The translations under genes were made by a program, and so were the position numbers. Positions 1-9,268 of a stretch of DNA of 64,000 nt are shown in pieces (the stretch's first letter is position 1; each line of letters begins with the position of its first letter). Where the stretch lies: the NCBI GenBank assembly GCA_019752595.1, contig JAIELV010000001.1, positions 489,209-553,208 on the forward strand, read 5' to 3'. Source of the DNA: Patescibacteria group bacterium (GTDB lineage: Bacteria; Patescibacteriota; Minisyncoccia; Phycocordibacterales; Phycocordibacteraceae). Under the pieces are notes generated by a model. The model had not been told where the DNA came from, searched no databases, and worked only from the letters and a program-made list of their open reading frames with translations.

Positions 1-2322
1 TAGAGGAGAGTGGACGCCGACAAGTAGACGGTCCTGCACATCTGCAGGGTTTGGCTTACCCGCTGAAATATAGCTTGCCGTAGAAACAACGCCCTTGGAA
101 ATGATTTCTTTTATTACATCCAGGATAGGATTCGATGACAAAAAGTCTCTGTGTTCTGTGTCTGGAGCAACATCGCCATATATATCCAGATTGAAATAAT
201 AAACTTCACCAAAAGAAGATACTGCACTCGGATACACAACAGTACTGTCGCCTTCAGTCGTAAACCGAGGAATGAAATCTATAACCCCGTCGTCCTCTGT
301 ATATTCAATTCCCTTTAAAGTATCTAAGCCCCATCCTGCAATTTGCACGACACGAATAGAAGGCGGAAAAACGTACGAATCAAACTCAGCATGGAAAGCA
401 TCTGCGTTTGCAAGAAGATGCGTTTTCAATACCGAAGGATTTTGAGTATCCGAATACGAAGGTTGTGAACGAACAGGAATTCCAAGAACATTGCCTGAAA
501 GGAATTGATAGAATTCTCCCAGATTACCGAGACTCAAACCCCATTGGTTTCGCCAGTTTTGCGTAATCGGAGTTGTGTTATCAAAAACGACAACAGGGTC
601 AATAACGGTTGATAAATACGTAGACGATGGGAGGAGGTTATACGCCGCCTGCATGTTTGAACCCAGTGTACGAGCTTGTGCTTTGTTGATGAACGAAAAA
701 GGGCCGTATGAAATATCTGCACCATCACCATGCAAAAGTCCTGGAATAGATTCTGGAGTCCCGAGCTGTGGGGTACCGACCATCACAAAAGAATCAACAA
801 GGTCCGCTTTCTCTTGCTCTTCCAAAGCCTTAATTATCGCCTTACCCATCAAGCCGCCCATAGAATGAGTAACTATTGTTACCTTGCCTGTCGCGGAATC
901 AAGGGCAACGCGCTCTATCTCATCGAGCAGATACATCGTGCCACTAGGTGTTTGTACGCCGTCCTGGAGAATTTTTTCGGGAGAGAAACGCCAATCGTAT
1001 GGCAACGCCTTCCACTCGCGAATATTTATATCATCACCTGTATTGGCAACGAGCGCATTCATAAAGGAAGAGAAACCAGAATAAATCGGGACTGAAATCG
1101 GACCCATATCAAAGTTCTGAAGTATTCCGCTTACCTCGACATCGGGCGTAACCGCAGTGCCATCTGGGTTAAGCATGAGAGCACTTAAATCTCCACTCAC
1201 ATCGCCGAAGGTCGGCGGCCACAGAATATCTGTTCCTTTTTTCAAAACACTGCTTTGAATACCTGGCAGGAAAACCACCGAAGAACAACATTCGGCATAT
1301 ACAGGTTCAGGTGCTACCTCGACCGGAGCAAACGGCGTGGTGGAAATTGTGGAGGCGCCGTTGTCGACACTGCCAAACCACTGAACGAATTTTGCACCAG
1401 CAGGAAGAGAGCCACTGCAGGTACTGCACGTAAGCGGTTGATTATTCTCATCGTCCCACAATTGCCAATCAGTTTCCGAAATCATACGGAACGAGAAATA
1501 TCGAACACGCTGAGTAATTGCTGTCCCAAGAGGGCTGAGTGCGCCCGATGTCAGAGTGCAATTTTCGTCGCCCGTTGCTATGCCACTACGAAACGGGCGA
1601 CCGTCGTTGCGGGGAGTTTTGAGACGAAGATGGACGCGCAAAAAACCGTCTACATACTCCGCGTGTTCGTATGAATCAAAGAAATATGGATTTGAACCTC
1701 CTATCGTCCCATCAGCAACGGACGCGCACGCTTCAGGTTTCGGAAGCGTGCCAGTGAAGACAGGTGGTTCACCGCTTTGATTCATTTTTAATTTTCGCGT
1801 GCCAAACGTACTAGCTCCGCCATCTATCGTTCCCCCAAAAGCAATGCTGGTGTACGCAGGATATGCAGGGATGTCAAAGCCAGTAATCGCAGTATTGTTT
1901 TGGTCATTCCAAATTTCAATACGAGTGGGCGAAACGACGCGGACACTCCAGTTTGAAACACCTGCTGGCAGAGAGATAGTTACTTGATTCCCCGTCACGC
2001 TGGCGCTGTTGCACTCATCGTCATAGTAGGACCACGTAAGCCTAAACTGGCGGCCGTCCGCATAATTAACTTTGAGGTGTTGGATTGGATGCCCGTCGGG
2101 GGAATATTCAAGACTTTCGTAGCTGTTAAAGAAATATCCACTTGCTGAAAAAGGAGTAGCGGGGCATTCCGCCGCTTGGACTTCCTTAGGTAAAAGGCTT
2201 AGTGAACCTACGAATACAGCAGCGGGTATAAAAATAGCGAGGAACACCCTCGCCAAAAGCCCTTTATGTAAAAGCCTGTTTTCGAAAGCCTCTTGAGAGC
2301 GCTCCCCTTTCATGAACGTCAT
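1..2322 (-). CDS. Secreted LCAT/PGAP1-like alpha/beta-hydrolase (lipase/acyltransferase) with duplicated N-terminal domain; runs off the left edge
   Basis: Absent from the ORF track because there is no stop in the window. Manual translation from ATG 2322 stays open to base 1: signal/TM segment, VVFLPGIQSS, PYDWR, VTHSMGGL nucleophile elbow, VMVGTPQLGTP, GDSTV, EHRDFL. Confidence 0.85.
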   Translation of the reverse strand, partial: MTFMKGERSQEAFENRLLHKGLLARVFLAIFIPAAVFVGSLSLLPKEVQAAECPATPFSASGYFFNSYESLEYSPDGHPIQHLKVNYADGRQFRLTWSYYDDECNSASVTGNQVTISLPAGVSNWSVRVVSPTRIEIWNDQNNTAITGFDIPAYPAYTSIAFGGTIDGGASTFGTRKLKMNQSGEPPVFTGTLPKPEACASVADGTIGGSNPYFFDSYEHAEYVDGFLRVHLRLKTPRNDGRPFRSGIATGDENCTLTSGALSPLGTAITQRVRYFSFRMISETDWQLWDDENNQPLTCSTCSGSLPAGAKFVQWFGSVDNGASTISTTPFAPVEVAPEPVYAECCSSVVFLPGIQSSVLKKGTDILWPPTFGDVSGDLSALMLNPDGTAVTPDVEVSGILQNFDMGPISVPIYSGFSSFMNALVANTGDDINIREWKALPYDWRFSPEKILQDGVQTPSGTMYLLDEIERVALDSATGKVTIVTHSMGGLMGKAIIKALEEQEKADLVDSFVMVGTPQLGTPESIPGLLHGDGADISYGPFSFINKAQARTLGSNMQAAYNLLPSSTYLSTVIDPVVVFDNTTPITQNWRNQWGLSLGNLGEFYQFLSGNVLGIPVRSQPSYSDTQNPSVLKTHLLANADAFHAEFDSYVFPPSIRVVQIAGWGLDTLKGIEYTEDDGVIDFIPRFTTEGDSTVVYPSAVSSFGEVYYFNLDIYGDVAPDTEHRDFLSSNPILDVIKEIISKGVVSTASYISAGKPNPADVQDRLLVGVHSPL

Positions 2323-2360
2323 TCTCTTCCTCTCCCACCCCACTGTCAACACCCATTCAT

Positions 2361-2392
2361 TATACCCCTAATTCGCACGAATTAGGGGTATA
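2361..2392. promoter_or_regulatory. Palindromic operator overlapping the arsR-family -10 box
   Basis: TATACCCCTAATTCG-CA-CGAATTAGGGGTATA (15-bp arms). TATAAT at 2389-2394 lies 7 nt before ATG 2402. Confidence 0.65.
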
Positions 2393-2401
2393 ATAAAACA
2401 T

Positions 2402-2677
2402 ATGAATGCATTAAAACCGAAAGAATTGGAGAGCGTGCTTAAAGCTTTTGCAAACAGAAGACGCATAGAAATCCTGCAGTTTTTAAAAACAAAAAAAGAG
2501 GCTTTTGTGGGCAGCATAGCCGAGAAAATAAATCTGTCTTTAAAGTCTACGTCCAGACACCTGGCGATATTGTATACGGCTGGTTTAATTGAAAAAACAC
2601 AAAAAAGCACTTTGGTCTATTACCGAATTGCGAACGATCTTCCAGAAGTGGCGCGACGTGTCATTGCTCTTTTTTAA
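2402..2677 (+). CDS. ArsR/SmtB family transcriptional regulator
   Basis: LKAFANRRRIEIL...SRHLAILYTAGLI...YYRI winged HTH signature. Confidence 0.9.
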   Translation: MNALKPKELESVLKAFANRRRIEILQFLKTKKEAFVGSIAEKINLSLKSTSRHLAILYTAGLIEKTQKSTLVYYRIANDLPEVARRVIALF

Positions 2678-2702
2678 TCCTCGCCGACTTCACAGAAAAA
2701 CA

Positions 2703-2733
2703 TATACCCCTAATTCGCACGAATTAGGGGTAT
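2703..2733. repeat. Second identical copy of the 2361 palindrome
   Basis: TATACCCCTAATTCGCACGAATTAGGGGTAT, 31/31 identical to 2361-2391. Confidence 0.9.
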
Positions 2734-2766
2734 TTAAGAAATCTAAGAAGTGAGAGATTTTTAAAA

Positions 2767-3537
2767 TCAGACTGTGACAGACTTCTTGCGGAGGAAGAAG
2801 TAATACACCGCCCCAGCGTAGGCAATCATAATCAGAGGTGAGAGGAGTGAAATGCTCGACTCAATAAACGGCACTGGGATCGCGAGTAAGTCGGACGGGT
2901 GGAAGCCGAATTGACCTTCAAGCATTTTCATAATGCCGTTACTGGTGAATACCGCACCTAAAGCAACGATAGCGTATTCAGTTCCTGTGAAAATTTTCTT
3001 GATGGGAATTTTTGTATAGAAGAAGTAAATTCCCACCCCGACGATTGCAGCTGCAACGAAACCAACAAACAGGCCAAGCATGTTGGTCGCGAAATCCGCG
3101 AATAAAGAAACGCTCGCTGTAAAGAGTGCTATTTCAAAACCTTCGCGCAACACAAGGAAGATAATCAGGAAGAAGAACGAGAGATCGAACGCAGTTGCCT
3201 TGAGTACATCCTTTGCCATCTGCACTGCGTCCCTATTTGCCTTCCCCATCGCACGATGAAGTGCAAAAACGACGTAGGCTATGAAAACACCTGAGAAGAG
3301 CATAAGGTAGCCTTCCAAAAGCTCGGCGCTCGCTTCGGTAATCACCGTACGAGCTGAATCACCAAAGAAAAAGACACCTGTTGCAAGAAGTACAGAAATA
3401 CCAACACCTATGCCGAGCGCGAGAAGGATTTCAAATTCCTTCTTCAAATTCATCTGCTTCGACATCCCTAGAAATACACCCGCTAAAAGAAAGGCTTCCA
3501 AGAATTCACGGAACACGATGAGGATGGTGGCAATCAT
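2767..3537 (-). CDS. FTR1/EfeU family iron permease
   Basis: Two RExxE motifs (FREFLEA, LREGFEI) and multiple TM helices. Start taken at MIATIL. Confidence 0.85.
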   Translation of the reverse strand: MIATILIVFREFLEAFLLAGVFLGMSKQMNLKKEFEILLALGIGVGISVLLATGVFFFGDSARTVITEASAELLEGYLMLFSGVFIAYVVFALHRAMGKANRDAVQMAKDVLKATAFDLSFFFLIIFLVLREGFEIALFTASVSLFADFATNMLGLFVGFVAAAIVGVGIYFFYTKIPIKKIFTGTEYAIVALGAVFTSNGIMKMLEGQFGFHPSDLLAIPVPFIESSISLLSPLIMIAYAGAVYYFFLRKKSVTV

Positions 3538-3676
3538 TTTAAAAAGTTGGTGATAGGGCTTCGTATAGTACCCTACCTGTGCCAGCACGGAAGCGAAAGT
3601 TGCCCACATGTAGCAGTTCAATAAGAAGAATAGGGCGCTGTCAAAAGTCTTTCGGAAAAAACCTTACAGAGCTTGG

Positions 3677-4738
3677 CTATTTCATCGCAAGAAACAACTT
3701 CCGTTCAGATTCAGGAAAATGCTCTATGGCATACCGCAGGGCAGTACGAGGGATTTTACCCACTCTTCCTTTTAGGTATTTCTTTAACTCATCCCTGGAT
3801 ACCCGCTTCCCTGCCTCGCGCAACATCCAACCTATAGCTTTATGAATGAGGTCATGCGAATCGGAAAAGAGCATATCGGCTATTTTATGAGCTTCTTTCG
3901 CGTCACCTTTTTGAATATCATAAAAAGTAGCGACCATCGCAATGCGTTTTTCCCAAAGGTTTTTCGAACGAGCAAGCCTGTACAACGGCGCCTTTGATTT
4001 GCCGTGAAGATACGCTCCTGCGATGTAGTGCGCGGACGCATCCACTAAATCCCAGTTATTTATGTGCTTTGTGTTTTTGAGATAGATATCAAAAATTTTC
4101 TTTTGTTCATTTACGTCTCCCTTGCGAAACTTGTCGACAAGAATAAACAACGCGCCCAAACGTTCTTCATGTTTCCCGATTTGCAATAAATACTCAGTGC
4201 GCGAAAGAGCCATTTCAGAATATTTCTTTGCAATTGCACGGATTTCGGGGACGGTAAGACCCAAAAACACGTCGCCCTCGGCGTATTCACCCTTCCCAGT
4301 TTTAAAGCCCATCATTGCTTTCGCCTTTTTCGGTCTCGCAAGCTTTTTAAATTCTGCGCGTATTGCATAGAGGGGTGACTCCGCCTTCGGATCATAAATA
4401 CGATGTTTTGCTTCGTACGCGCGCTTTCCTGATTCATGCACTAAACCAGCTTTTGAAAGTCGCGCATAGTGCTTCATGTTCAAAGTTGACCACGCGCTTT
4501 TTGCGCGACGTGGGGTGAAGCGTTGTGCATATTGATCTTTGTTCACTCCTTTCACCTGCCCGTCAATCCAGCCAAAACAGAGCGCTTCATCGAGCGCATC
4601 CGCGTACGTCACGCGTTTTTCGTTTTTATGCTTGCGGTCGTAGATAATCCAAATTTCTTTTTTCTTTGCGTGATTTTTCAAAAGCCATTTTCGCCATGCC
4701 GCACGATTTTTTGGATAGTAGGATTCGGTAATTTCCAT
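3677..4738 (-). CDS. YdeI/OmpD-associated domain fused to AlkD-like DNA alkylation repair domain
   Basis: N-term EALCFGWIDG...QRFTPRR..S.WS..N. C-term FKTGKGEYAEGDVFLG, NNWDLVD, IHKAIGWMLREAGK. Confidence 0.8.
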   Translation of the reverse strand: MEITESYYPKNRAAWRKWLLKNHAKKKEIWIIYDRKHKNEKRVTYADALDEALCFGWIDGQVKGVNKDQYAQRFTPRRAKSAWSTLNMKHYARLSKAGLVHESGKRAYEAKHRIYDPKAESPLYAIRAEFKKLARPKKAKAMMGFKTGKGEYAEGDVFLGLTVPEIRAIAKKYSEMALSRTEYLLQIGKHEERLGALFILVDKFRKGDVNEQKKIFDIYLKNTKHINNWDLVDASAHYIAGAYLHGKSKAPLYRLARSKNLWEKRIAMVATFYDIQKGDAKEAHKIADMLFSDSHDLIHKAIGWMLREAGKRVSRDELKKYLKGRVGKIPRTALRYAIEHFPESERKLFLAMK

Positions 4739-4751
4739 TACCGTCAGGCTA

Positions 4752-5915
4752 TCAGATTTTCTTCAGCACGTCCCAGATTGAAGGATCCTGTGCGCCATCT
4801 ATTTTAAAGAGGGCGACACCACGAACGCCAAGCCTCTTTGCAAGATTCACTTTGTCTTCTACGGCTTTTGCGTCAGACCACCAGACAATATGGTACGCAG
4901 GCTTCGTAGCGGGTGTTGAAACGGTTGCCGTCGCACCTTCAACTGTTGTAGGGTCGGCAGAACTCGGAGTAGTGGTCGGTTCAATGTGTGGCACGTACGT
5001 AAAGCTCATTTCTCCTGCTCTATTTCTTGTTACGGTGGGTTGGTACTTTGTCATCAAATCAAACGCGTATTGAGGATTGAACGCCCATTTTCTGTCGTAT
5101 TTAAATTTCCCATCAGAGAGAGGTGTGACGGCGTATTCGTGGCCGTACGTCGGGATGCCGATGACGAGCTTGCTCTTCTTTATGTCTTTTGCGGTGAGGT
5201 TGATGACTTTCTCAACCCATGCGATGTCAGCCACAGGAACGTACGGCCCCGCGCCTGCTTTGTTTAACTTCACATCAAACGTTCGTTGGTCGTACGCCAT
5301 GATGCGCACGCGGTCACAATAATTGTTGATGGCAACGAAATCATTAGCATACATGGTGGCTGAAGCAGGCGGTGTACCTTCGTAGCGAGAATCAAGCGGG
5401 GTGCGAGCCTCAATGGAACACATAACCCACTTGTTTCCCATGCGCATGTACAAACCCTTGAGAAAGGTGGCGAAATATTCTTTTGTTTCTGCCTTTTTAC
5501 TTTCGAAGTCAATATCAATACCGTCGTATCCTTTTTCTTTTACTAAGTCAGCAATGCGCTGAGCGAGCGCTCGGCGTGATGTGTCGTTTGAAAGTATTTT
5601 GTGTATCGCTTCCCCATCAGACCACATGAGGGTTGGAATGTAGCGGATTTTTTTCGCTTGCGCGGCTTTCTGCAAAGAAAGCCACGGTTCTTGTGAGAGT
5701 TTTGCGGTGTCCGCAATTGTGCCGTCGGCGCGCACGGTGTACCCAAACGGATTTATTTCTTTGAATGTTGAGAGGTGTGCGGAAACTTCTGCGGTGCCTG
5801 ACGCGATTTTCCAGTACGGGATCCAACCTGAAACTTCGAGCGGTTGTGCGGCATACGCAAAAGAGCTCGGGGAAAAAGCCGAAACCAAAAGAACGAGAAT
5901 TAAGAAACGCTTCAT
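4752..5915 (-). CDS. Secreted glycoside hydrolase family 18
   Basis: Signal peptide, DGIDIDFE catalytic motif, IMAYD, GIPTYG. Confidence 0.85.
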   Translation of the reverse strand: MKRFLILVLLVSAFSPSSFAYAAQPLEVSGWIPYWKIASGTAEVSAHLSTFKEINPFGYTVRADGTIADTAKLSQEPWLSLQKAAQAKKIRYIPTLMWSDGEAIHKILSNDTSRRALAQRIADLVKEKGYDGIDIDFESKKAETKEYFATFLKGLYMRMGNKWVMCSIEARTPLDSRYEGTPPASATMYANDFVAINNYCDRVRIMAYDQRTFDVKLNKAGAGPYVPVADIAWVEKVINLTAKDIKKSKLVIGIPTYGHEYAVTPLSDGKFKYDRKWAFNPQYAFDLMTKYQPTVTRNRAGEMSFTYVPHIEPTTTPSSADPTTVEGATATVSTPATKPAYHIVWWSDAKAVEDKVNLAKRLGVRGVALFKIDGAQDPSIWDVLKKI

Positions 5916-5948
5916 ACGCCTATACTAACAGACGACCAAAAAAGGAAT

Positions 5949-6566
5949 TTATTTCTGAACCACGAGGGAGCGACGCATGGTGTCAAATACTGAAATCAGG
6001 TCTTTACGCACATACGCGTGCATTGCGGAAGCGTTGTAGCTTGTCAGGGGAGCAGAGTGTATAGAGTACCGAACGGCAACACACGGGGAAGAGCCCGAAA
6101 CCGCATACACTTGCTCCTCGTACTCATCTTTTGCATTCGCCTTTTTCTCTACGGCGCTTGAATACAGAACATCACCCTCGATAAACGAACGGATTTTGTC
6201 GGGATTCAGCATAAAAAGCTGTACGTTACAGGAAGGCATATTCGGAATCACTTCGACAGATACTTGCGTTCCTGGAAGCAGGTTCGTGTTCTTTAATTTC
6301 GATTCAGGTACCGAAAAAGAAACGCCTCGTACCTGCAAATCTCGACCCAAGCCCGCGTACGCATAGTTTTGGTCCACCACAAAATCCGACGGGTACCGAA
6401 TGGAAAGACCAAGGTTATAGTCTGCGTATGTTTGAAGACGAGAGCCATACGCACCTCCCACAATTTCAGAAACACCGTAGAGGTGAATCCCAATACCAAG
6501 GGCTCCCAACACAAGAACGGATATAAGGATGATGACGAGAAATATACCGAAGAGCGAGTGTGTCAT
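5949..6566 (-). CDS. Membrane-anchored hypothetical protein
   Basis: 205-aa ORF with an N-terminal TM helix, in operon-like packing. Confidence 0.65.
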   Translation of the reverse strand: MTHSLFGIFLVIILISVLVLGALGIGIHLYGVSEIVGGAYGSRLQTYADYNLGLSIRYPSDFVVDQNYAYAGLGRDLQVRGVSFSVPESKLKNTNLLPGTQVSVEVIPNMPSCNVQLFMLNPDKIRSFIEGDVLYSSAVEKKANAKDEYEEQVYAVSGSSPCVAVRYSIHSAPLTSYNASAMHAYVRKDLISVFDTMRRSLVVQK

Positions 6567-6575
6567 TCGGAGTAA

Positions 6576-7112
6576 TTATACGCCGTGAATACCCTCCGTC
6601 TTAGCGGGTTTCTTGTCATGCTTGAGCATGCTATAGATGAGCGCTCCCAAAATGACTAGGTTTGAAGCGGTTCCTGCGTATGATTCTACGAACACTGTAT
6701 ACGGTATCCACATAACAACGCCGACAAAGGTGCCGAGGCGAATGGTTGCCGCGTTCCCCTCCCACCGTACGTAGACGCCAATCAACATCGCCAACGTTGG
6801 CAACAGACTGATATACCCTTCCCATACAAACGGAAGTGCGATGACAGGAACCGTTAAAAACACATACAACCACGCGCGATGCTTAGCCCAATCTTCTTTC
6901 TCTTTTTTTACAAAAACCCAATTGCGAATAGCGACGACAATGTCTATCACCATCCCAGTCCATGCGGAGAGAAGGGCGTAGTGAATAATGTACACGAACG
7001 AGCCGTGCATCTGTCGCGTTAAAAGTTTCTCACGCGTCTTTGCCTGATAGGAATATATAGAGAAACCGAGGGCGACAACACCAATCGCCTGTGCAATCCA
7101 AAAGATACTCAT
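6576..7112 (-). CDS. YgjV-like inner membrane protein
   Basis: AQAIG...SYQ.K.R, HYALLSAWTG...RN pattern; hydrophobic. Confidence 0.7.
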   Translation of the reverse strand: MSIFWIAQAIGVVALGFSIYSYQAKTREKLLTRQMHGSFVYIIHYALLSAWTGMVIDIVVAIRNWVFVKKEKEDWAKHRAWLYVFLTVPVIALPFVWEGYISLLPTLAMLIGVYVRWEGNAATIRLGTFVGVVMWIPYTVFVESYAGTASNLVILGALIYSMLKHDKKPAKTEGIHGV

Positions 7113-7318
7113 TATTCTCCAGGGCAGGCGGGAAATTCGCAGTTCGGACCAACTCTTCCGACACCTGTTCCATCAGGACATATCTTTGCATCCATGGTGC
7201 ACGCAATCATATCCCCCTCCGCTTGTGGATTCGAATTCTGTAGCATTGGTACGAGGAATACATACACTGCAATCAGACCAGCAATGCCCCCGATAACTAT
7301 AAGAATATTCTTGAGCAT
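7112..7318 (-). CDS. Small membrane-anchored protein with ACTMDAKICPDG...GPNCEF..CP disulfide module
   Basis: TM helix plus a four-Cys module. Confidence 0.7.
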   Translation of the reverse strand: MLKNILIVIGGIAGLIAVYVFLVPMLQNSNPQAEGDMIACTMDAKICPDGTGVGRVGPNCEFPACPGE

Positions 7319-7327
7319 TCCTCTATT

Positions 7328-9121
7328 CTAACGCACCTCTTCTGTATCGTTTACCGCATCCCGAGTTGCCACATACCGCTCCCACAATTCTTTAAACTCG
7401 AGAGAATTTTGCTTTAGGTCTTCAAAGGTGCCTGATGCTACAACACGGCCACCTTTAAAGAGATACACGGAATCGAAGAGCGAGAGGAGGTGAAGGCGGT
7501 GGATTGAGGAAATGATTGTTTTTTCGGGAAATGCATCGAATATATTTTTGTAGATTTTTAATTCGTTGCCAAAATCCACACTTGAGGTTGGTTCGTCCAA
7601 AAGAACAATGTCTTTCTGTTCGGATGCCAAAAGTCCGCGAGCCAATGCCAAACGTTGTTTCTCTCCCCCTGAGAGGTTTACGCCTTTCTCAACTATTGAA
7701 GACTCCAAACCTTTCGGAAGCCGCTTTACCACATCACTGAATGCAGCTAAATCGGTGTAGACCTTAATATGGCTTTCAGAATATTCAACGCCGAGCGTTA
7801 TGTTTTCCCGAATAGTGGTCGAGAATATTTCTGGATCCTGAGGCACAAGCGATATAGAGTCACTTATCGATGGGAATCCGCCTAGAACAAGAGTGCCATC
7901 AACCGAGAGTGTGACTGTTTTTGGATGATGCAGATCCCTCAAAAGTTTGAGGAGTGTGCTTTTACCTCCTCCGCTCTCTCCTATGAGCGCAACCCGCTCT
8001 CCTTTCCGCACGTTCAACGTGAGCGCAGAGAGACTATCCTGATGAGAATTTCCATAAGAGAACGAGAGATCACGAACGGAAAGTGTTTGCCAGTTTTTAG
8101 GGAGTAAGTTTTTGCTCATTTCCTTTTCCTCTCTAAAATCTTTAGACAATTCTTCTGCATTTGAGACGTACGCGCGCCAGCGAATAATGTCGTTATACAG
8201 GTGCGCGAAGGTGAAGAACGTATTTCGTATACGGTCAACGTATCCGTACAGAATATACAAGGTACCGACCATCACCGCGCCAGCAGCAAATTGTTTGCCA
8301 AGGTATATCGCGATAACCAAAATAGACACCACACGCCCGAGCATTGACGCGGAAAACCACTTCCATTCGTTAACCCGCGCATTCGTCATGAACTGATTTT
8401 TTGGCTTGCTGATTACGAGCGAAAGCGCTTTCACTACGAGCGCTTCGACACGCAGAATAATGACCGTCGTCACATTTGAGAGTGAGTCAAAGACTTTTGC
8501 CTGCACATCGTTCTCAAGAAGGCTTACTTTTTTGTAGCCAGGCACAAGTTTTCGGTCAAAGAGCGTTAGGACAAAGAACGTAGGAATAATGAGCACAAGC
8601 GCCACAAACCCTGCGAAGAAGTCAAAGTAAAACAGCGCAGCAAGTCCAGCGATGAGCGTGATGACTGAATGAATAATCTGGAACGTATTTTCCGAGAATC
8701 CGTATAAACCGTTCGATCCCTTCTCTATTTTGTCTATGGTGTCACCTGAATGATGGTCTGTGTGCCACTCTACGGGAAGCGAAAGCGTACCTTTCAAAAG
8801 ATGCGTTTTGTAGTTCGCTTTTGCCCGAAACGCATTTTCGCTCTCCATGATGCGCGAGGGGCCATGAAGCGCCCACCCCACGAATTCAATAACGAAGAAG
8901 GTGGCAACAAACATCAGGACGGTGTCTAAGTTCGCTGCAGAAATACCGTTCTCCTGCATCTCATTGAGAAGAAAGCCCACAATAAGGGGCTCGAGCATCC
9001 ACACAATGATGCTTGCTGCCGACATAGCAGAATACACAATCACTCGCGCGCGATTGCCAGCAGAATAGCGCCACAACATGCGCCAGAGGTAGATAAGAGG
9101 ATTTGATTCTTTTTTGTTCAT
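7328..9121 (-). CDS. ABC exporter, fused permease/ATPase
   Basis: TM domain, GESGGGKS Walker A, LSGGEKQR, LLDEPT. Start taken at MNKKES. Confidence 0.9.
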   Translation of the reverse strand: MNKKESNPLIYLWRMLWRYSAGNRARVIVYSAMSAASIIVWMLEPLIVGFLLNEMQENGISAANLDTVLMFVATFFVIEFVGWALHGPSRIMESENAFRAKANYKTHLLKGTLSLPVEWHTDHHSGDTIDKIEKGSNGLYGFSENTFQIIHSVITLIAGLAALFYFDFFAGFVALVLIIPTFFVLTLFDRKLVPGYKKVSLLENDVQAKVFDSLSNVTTVIILRVEALVVKALSLVISKPKNQFMTNARVNEWKWFSASMLGRVVSILVIAIYLGKQFAAGAVMVGTLYILYGYVDRIRNTFFTFAHLYNDIIRWRAYVSNAEELSKDFREEKEMSKNLLPKNWQTLSVRDLSFSYGNSHQDSLSALTLNVRKGERVALIGESGGGKSTLLKLLRDLHHPKTVTLSVDGTLVLGGFPSISDSISLVPQDPEIFSTTIRENITLGVEYSESHIKVYTDLAAFSDVVKRLPKGLESSIVEKGVNLSGGEKQRLALARGLLASEQKDIVLLDEPTSSVDFGNELKIYKNIFDAFPEKTIISSIHRLHLLSLFDSVYLFKGGRVVASGTFEDLKQNSLEFKELWERYVATRDAVNDTEEVR

Positions 9122-9268
9122 AGATAACTTACATAAAAAACACGCGCTCCAGGCGCGCAATGTAAAACGAGCCTAGGCGTAAGCCTTAGAGGAGAAAGTC
9201 TGCGTTGAGATTTGATGCCATACGCAAGATATTAGGTAGGTTTACCATACCAGAGAGTGAAGGAATTT

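Noticed and set aside
534-1987. Short ORFs in the track over the first 2 kb
   Set aside because: They are shadows of the long minus-strand lipase ORF.
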